Notes under the pieces: generated by a model | Databases searched by the model: none | Told to the model about the DNA's origin: nothing | Seen by the model: the letters and a program-made list of their open reading frames with translations, nothing else | Shown here: in pieces, positions 27,593 through 31,800 of the stretch | Numbering within the stretch: the stretch's first letter is position 1 | Layout: every line of letters begins with the position of its first letter | NCBI GenBank assembly: GCA_049515895.1 | Contig: JBEKTQ010000029.1 | Span: 1-31,800, forward strand | Source: Candidatus Bathyarchaeia archaeon | GTDB lineage: Archaea > Thermoproteota > Bathyarchaeia > Bathyarchaeales > Bathycorpusculaceae | Length of the DNA: 31,800 bases | Direction of reading: 5' to 3' | Position numbers and translations under genes: made by a program

Positions 27593-29010
27593 GCGAGAAA
27601 AAGAAGGCTGGATTAAAAGAATTAAGTCCCATTGACATTTACAAACTGCTTCCAAAAATCAACTGCAAAGAATGCGGCCAAGACAACTGCATGGCCTTCG
27701 CCACAAAAATCGTTAACCGCGAAGTAAACATTGACGGTTGCCCGCCACTGCTGAAGAAGGAAAATGAGAAAGCATACGCAAAACTCAAAGATCTGTTGAA
27801 ACCCGCCGTTAAAGAAGTCATTGTCGGAGATGGTGACAAAGCAAAGAAACTCGGCGGCAAACTTGTCATGTACCGCCATGAATTCACCTACACGAACCCG
27901 ACAGCCATCGCAATTGATGTGACGGACGAAATGCCAATGCAAGAAGTCGTCTCGCGTGTGCAATACACAGAGAACTTCAACTTCGAGTACATCGGTAACA
28001 CGCTAAGACTTGACATGATTGCTGTAAGATGCACATCCGGAGACGCGGACAAATTCAAGGCAGTTGTCAAAAAAATCGCTGAAACAACCAAACTGCCCCT
28101 GATACTCTGCACCCTAAACCCTGCAATTGCTGAAGCGGGCTTAATGGCGGCACCAAAAGCGCGACCGCTACTTTACGCGGCAACCCAGAGCAACTGGAAA
28201 GACATGGCGGAACTCGCGTTGATGTACGACTGCCCATTAGTTGCATCTGCACCAAACGACTTGAACACTTTGGTTTCACTAGCAAAGACACTGATGGCTT
28301 ATGGTGTGACCAACTTGGTTTTAGACCCAGGCACTTTCGCGAACGAAGGCTTACCTGACACAATCAACAACTTCACGATGCTTCGCAGGGCAGCAACCAA
28401 AGGCGGCGAAGAACTAGCAGGGTTCCCCCTAATCGGAGTCCCCATGGTCGCTTGGGAAGACGCTGCATCAGCTGAAGACCTGCTAAAATGGCGTGAAGCG
28501 TACTTAGCGTCAATGCTTACCGTACGGTACGCGGACGTGCTCGTTATGCACAGTGTAAGCGGCTGGTCACTGTTGCCAGAAACGGTGCTAAGGCAAAACA
28601 TTTACACTGACCCACGCAAACCCGTCGCTGTAGCTCCAGGCCTCAAAGTATTCGGGACACCCGACGAGAACTCGCCTGTAATGTTCACCACAAACTTTGC
28701 CCTCACATACTACACCGTTGCCTCTGACCTTGAAAGCAGCAAACTCAACGCTTACCTAATCGTGGTTGAAACTGAAGGCTCAGCAATCGACAGTGGCGTC
28801 GCAGGACGAAAACTAACCGCGGAACGCGTAGCCGACGCGATCAAAGCCTCAGGCGTAGAAGGCAAAGTAAAACACCGCAAACTCATCATCCCTGGCAAAG
28901 CGTCAAGAATCAGCGGTGAAATCGAAGAACTCAGCGGCTGGAAAGTCATGGTCGGCCCAAGAGACAGCAGTGAGATACCCAAGTATCTCATTGAGAAATG
29001 GCAGCCATAA
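27589..29010 (+). CDS. cdhE: CODH/ACS complex gamma subunit (large corrinoid Fe-S protein subunit)
   Basis: LLPKINCKECGQDNCMAFA..CP, YRHE, NIYTDPRKP, TTNFALTY, VGPRDSS; ATGA overlap with cdhD. Confidence 0.97.
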   Translation: MSEKKKAGLKELSPIDIYKLLPKINCKECGQDNCMAFATKIVNREVNIDGCPPLLKKENEKAYAKLKDLLKPAVKEVIVGDGDKAKKLGGKLVMYRHEFTYTNPTAIAIDVTDEMPMQEVVSRVQYTENFNFEYIGNTLRLDMIAVRCTSGDADKFKAVVKKIAETTKLPLILCTLNPAIAEAGLMAAPKARPLLYAATQSNWKDMAELALMYDCPLVASAPNDLNTLVSLAKTLMAYGVTNLVLDPGTFANEGLPDTINNFTMLRRAATKGGEELAGFPLIGVPMVAWEDAASAEDLLKWREAYLASMLTVRYADVLVMHSVSGWSLLPETVLRQNIYTDPRKPVAVAPGLKVFGTPDENSPVMFTTNFALTYYTVASDLESSKLNAYLIVVETEGSAIDSGVAGRKLTAERVADAIKASGVEGKVKHRKLIIPGKASRISGEIEELSGWKVMVGPRDSSEIPKYLIEKWQP

Positions 29011-29041
29011 ACTTTCTTTTTTCATTTTTGTGTTTTTTATT
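29011..29041 (+). terminator. Oligo-T terminator of the cdh operon
   Basis: TTTCTTTTTTCATTTTTGTGTTTTTT directly after the cdhE stop. Confidence 0.6.
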
Positions 29042-29368
29042 AGCTAGCTGTTTTTCATCAAGTTTTTATTTTAGCCCCGAGAATTGGTTAATGGTGATTT
29101 TTTGGATCATACAATTGTTCACTTTGAAATATTAATAAAATTAACATCGGTATTTAGTTTAGTCAATTTTATTATGTAATGTGATTAAAATAAAGTATTT
29201 TGCTTATGCTTCAAAATTAAAACGTTACTGCTTAAACGAACTGAGTATTTTTTCAGCAATTAAGAAAGGGAAATGACAACACCAATCTTTTTTCATTTTA
29301 GTAAGCATGGGACTCATTTCCTATAATGTAATTTTGAGCATTCATCTATAATGCGCTTTTACATAAAA

Positions 29369-29800
29369 TTATATGTTCCAAAGGGACAGGCCAGTTACAG
29401 GGTCATTTTTCCGTTCTAGTTTTTCTCCCAATAGTTCAGTTAGGTGAACTTCGGTAGCGAAAACTTTTCCCTCAAGCAGATGTCCAGCTTTCGTATTGCC
29501 ATTGTGGTCAGCCAGAACTACATGGGCATGAACAAAAGGCTTACCGTCCTTAATGGAAATGTTGCCCACACAAGTTGCAATCTCTTGCGGTGCCAAAAGT
29601 AAAGTCTCCAAATACTCATGGTTTTCTTGGTCATAAAATCCAAGCTTCGCACATTTCAAAGCACCAATTGCTGTAAAGCTTGCGGTCATAATCGCATTCT
29701 CTTTTGCCAATTCAGTTACAACCTTGATTATTTCTGAATCATGCTTAGCCCGCACAAGAAAAACTCGTCCAACCTCTAATTGTTTAAAGCTCATTTTCAT
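29369..29800 (-). CDS. DUF296 / PPC-domain protein
   Basis: TAIGAL, GFYD, EIATCVGNIS, PFVHAHVVL, AGHL motifs; AAGGAG SD. Confidence 0.92.
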   Translation of the reverse strand: MKMSFKQLEVGRVFLVRAKHDSEIIKVVTELAKENAIMTASFTAIGALKCAKLGFYDQENHEYLETLLLAPQEIATCVGNISIKDGKPFVHAHVVLADHNGNTKAGHLLEGKVFATEVHLTELLGEKLERKNDPVTGLSLWNI

Positions 29801-29930
29801 GTCTCCTTAATTCAAGTTATATTAACTGATTTAATAATTTTGAAATTGATAACGCCATTTTTCCCTGCACTGTGTAGTATGTTGACCATTAACAGTATGT
29901 GATTAGAAACGTGATCCATAGCAGAAAGCG

Positions 29931-29988
29931 GAATTAAAACCATTTTTCACCATTTCAGGAGCACGCATGCGCGCGAATTTGAAGAAAA
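29931..29988. repeat. Dispersed ~55-bp intergenic element, copy 2
   Basis: GAATTAAAACCATTTTTC-N10-GAGCA-CGCAT-GCGCGCGAATT-TG-AAGAAAA; same orientation as 287-341. Confidence 0.7.
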
Positions 29989-30172
29989 CATGTTTCAGCC
30001 TGGCCGGACTTGCAACTCCAAGCCCTAACATGCAATCAATCATATACCACTCGAAAAAATAAGGTTTAGATGCGAAACAACGTGAAAACGTAAACAGTCA
30101 GCAAAATTAGAACAAGGTTTAAAGACTTGTTAGAATCTTAAAATGTACGAGTTAAGATGGACTGTATTCAAA

Positions 30173-31800
30173 ATGAAGAAAAAATTATTTCTTCCGATGC
30201 TTGTGGTATGTTTAAGTATTGTTTTACTAACTTGTTCGCTAGATAATGTCAAGGTTGCAAGTGCGGCCCCAGCTTATATATTGAGCGACGGGTTTGAAAG
30301 CGGCAACCTAAACGCTTGGGAGTCTTACTACGGCTCCTCTAGCACGTTTTTCATAGAAAGTCAAACCGTTAACAACGGAGTCTACAGTGTTGAAAGCATC
30401 AATTTCGGACAAACCCCTGGAAATTTGGATAATCAATCATTGTCGGGTGCGCTGCCGAACCCGATAGACTTTAGAGAATATGTCTACGTAAACTCGACCA
30501 GTGTTCCTTCAACAAATGGTGACTACTACGCGGTAGGCGGATTCTCTACGATCGGTCGCCCCGACTTCGGAGATGGAGAAATATGCATATTCAATGTACA
30601 AGGTACGCTTTACTGGGGGCTATATTACCGTGACGTTTCATCACCACCAGGGGGTTTTTCATTTTCTATTAGCAATGACAATAAAACGTCAGACGCTCAT
30701 CCGGTTTCAATCGGCTGGAACTGTGTTGAGATGGCACACACTACAGGTACATACAATCAAAAAAATGGTGTAGAACAATTATACCTAAATGGTGTTTCTA
30801 CTCTGAACGTTACAACATATAACGCTGATAGGACACCATACAATGCAGTTATCGGCGGCAGTCAATCAGTCGCTAACCCAAATGATAGTTGGAATTATTA
30901 CATTGACGATGTTGCGGTTAGCGGTGGTTACATCGGACAATTACAATACCAGTTGACAATGGCAACCAACTATGGAACCGTCACTCCGACAAGCGGTTCT
31001 TCTTCTTACAACGAAAGCCAAGCAGTCACCATAACTGCAACGCCGCCGACGCCGGTTCAAGGTGAACGCTATATCTTCCAAGGATGGACTGGCACTGGAC
31101 CGGGAAGCTACACTGGACCAAATAATCCCTCAACAGCAAATATTAACGGAAATATAACCGAGACCGCCACTTGGGAACACCAATACTACTTAACTGTAAC
31201 ATCAACATATGGTGTCGTCAGCGGTGGAGGATGGGTTGATTCTGGCACTTCCCAAGTAGTTTCAATTAGCCCCACAACCGTAGCTGGCGCTGCAGGAACT
31301 CAGTATGTCTTTACCGGTTGGAGCGGTGACGCTTCAGGCACTTCTGCGAACTCAAATCCCATCACAATGAATAGTCCTAAGACGGCTACAGCCAACTGGC
31401 AAACTCAATACTTCTTGAACGTGACTTCTGCCCATGGCACTGTTGGCGGCTCAGGCTATTACAATTCCGGCACCAACGCAACCGCCTCGGTTTCTCCTAC
31501 AACTGTAGCTGGTGCCGCAGGAACTCAGTACGTCTTCACTGGTTGGAGCGGTGACGCTTCAGGCACTACTTCGCCGTCAAACAACATTACTATGAATGGT
31601 CCTATGGCGGCTACAGCAAACTGGCAAACTCAATATAACTTGACTATTGCACAATCTGGTGTGGCCTCAGACTTCTCAGGCACTTTCATAACGGTCAACG
31701 GGACAGCGTATAGCAGAGCGGGTTTTTCAACTTGGGCAAACCCAGGGACCGTATTCACCTTTAGCTATTCGCCTCTGCTGAACGTAACAATAAACAGTGA
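30173..31800 (+). CDS. Secreted/cell-surface protein: signal peptide, LamG/ConA-like domain, ~75-aa InlB-B-like repeats (runs off window end)
   Basis: Manual translation MKKKLFLPMLVVCLSIVLLTC...ASAAP, DGFESGNLNAW, WNCVE, LYLNG, YIDDVAVS, then repeats QYxLxVTS..G...G.G.Y..G...YVFTGWSGD...ATANW; frame open to 31800. Alternative in-frame ATG at 30143. Not in ORF track. Confidence 0.88.
   Translation, partial: MKKKLFLPMLVVCLSIVLLTCSLDNVKVASAAPAYILSDGFESGNLNAWESYYGSSSTFFIESQTVNNGVYSVESINFGQTPGNLDNQSLSGALPNPIDFREYVYVNSTSVPSTNGDYYAVGGFSTIGRPDFGDGEICIFNVQGTLYWGLYYRDVSSPPGGFSFSISNDNKTSDAHPVSIGWNCVEMAHTTGTYNQKNGVEQLYLNGVSTLNVTTYNADRTPYNAVIGGSQSVANPNDSWNYYIDDVAVSGGYIGQLQYQLTMATNYGTVTPTSGSSSYNESQAVTITATPPTPVQGERYIFQGWTGTGPGSYTGPNNPSTANINGNITETATWEHQYYLTVTSTYGVVSGGGWVDSGTSQVVSISPTTVAGAAGTQYVFTGWSGDASGTSANSNPITMNSPKTATANWQTQYFLNVTSAHGTVGGSGYYNSGTNATASVSPTTVAGAAGTQYVFTGWSGDASGTTSPSNNITMNGPMAATANWQTQYNLTIAQSGVASDFSGTFITVNGTAYSRAGFSTWANPGTVFTFSYSPLLNVTINS
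31181..31640 (+). repeat. Tandem 225-bp intragenic repeat (2 close copies; a more diverged third lies upstream)
   Basis: CAGGAACTCAGTA at 31293 and 31518; GGTTGGAGCGGTGACGCTTCAGGCACT and AACTGGCAAACTCAATA in both units. Confidence 0.85.

Noticed and set aside
29042-29368. Very AT-rich spacer as possible replication origin or ncRNA
   Set aside because: No ORB/G-string repeats, no cdc6/orc1 nearby and no convincing structure.
30573-30773. 66-aa ORF in the track
   Set aside because: Alternative frame inside the large surface-protein gene.
31181-31640. Repeats considered as a CRISPR array or a DGR template/variable pair
   Set aside because: In-frame coding repeats; core differences are mostly synonymous C/T changes, not adenine-specific; no spacers, cas or reverse transcriptase.
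31798-31800. TGA at the window end as stop of the surface protein
   Set aside because: Out of frame; the gene continues beyond the window.

Overview
Archaeal chromosomal segment, most consistent with Bathyarchaeia (inferred from gene content and archaeal TATA/GGTGA-type signals). The right half carries a complete archaeal CO dehydrogenase/acetyl-CoA synthase operon (two cooC-type maturases, then cdhA-B-C-D-E). It is divergent from a P3A-type H+-ATPase, an F420-binding FrhB/FpoF-like ferredoxin-flavoprotein, a divergent MetF-like reductase, cofE, an SCP2 protein and cofC. The left half has argS, an HDAC-family deacetylase, a 4x[4Fe-4S] ferredoxin, two deoxyhypusine-synthase paralogues, a flippase-like protein and an RLAN + RimK + GCS2 + YkgJ peptide-ligase module. 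Features missing from the ORF track: a partial PRC-barrel gene, a GtrA-like gene broken by an in-frame TAA, a partial secreted repeat protein, and a ~55-bp non-coding element present twice 29.6 kb apart. The GCS2 gene also has its conserved N-terminus upstream of any canonical start codon. No tRNA, rRNA, CRISPR array or transposase was seen. All family assignments come from motif recognition, not database searches.
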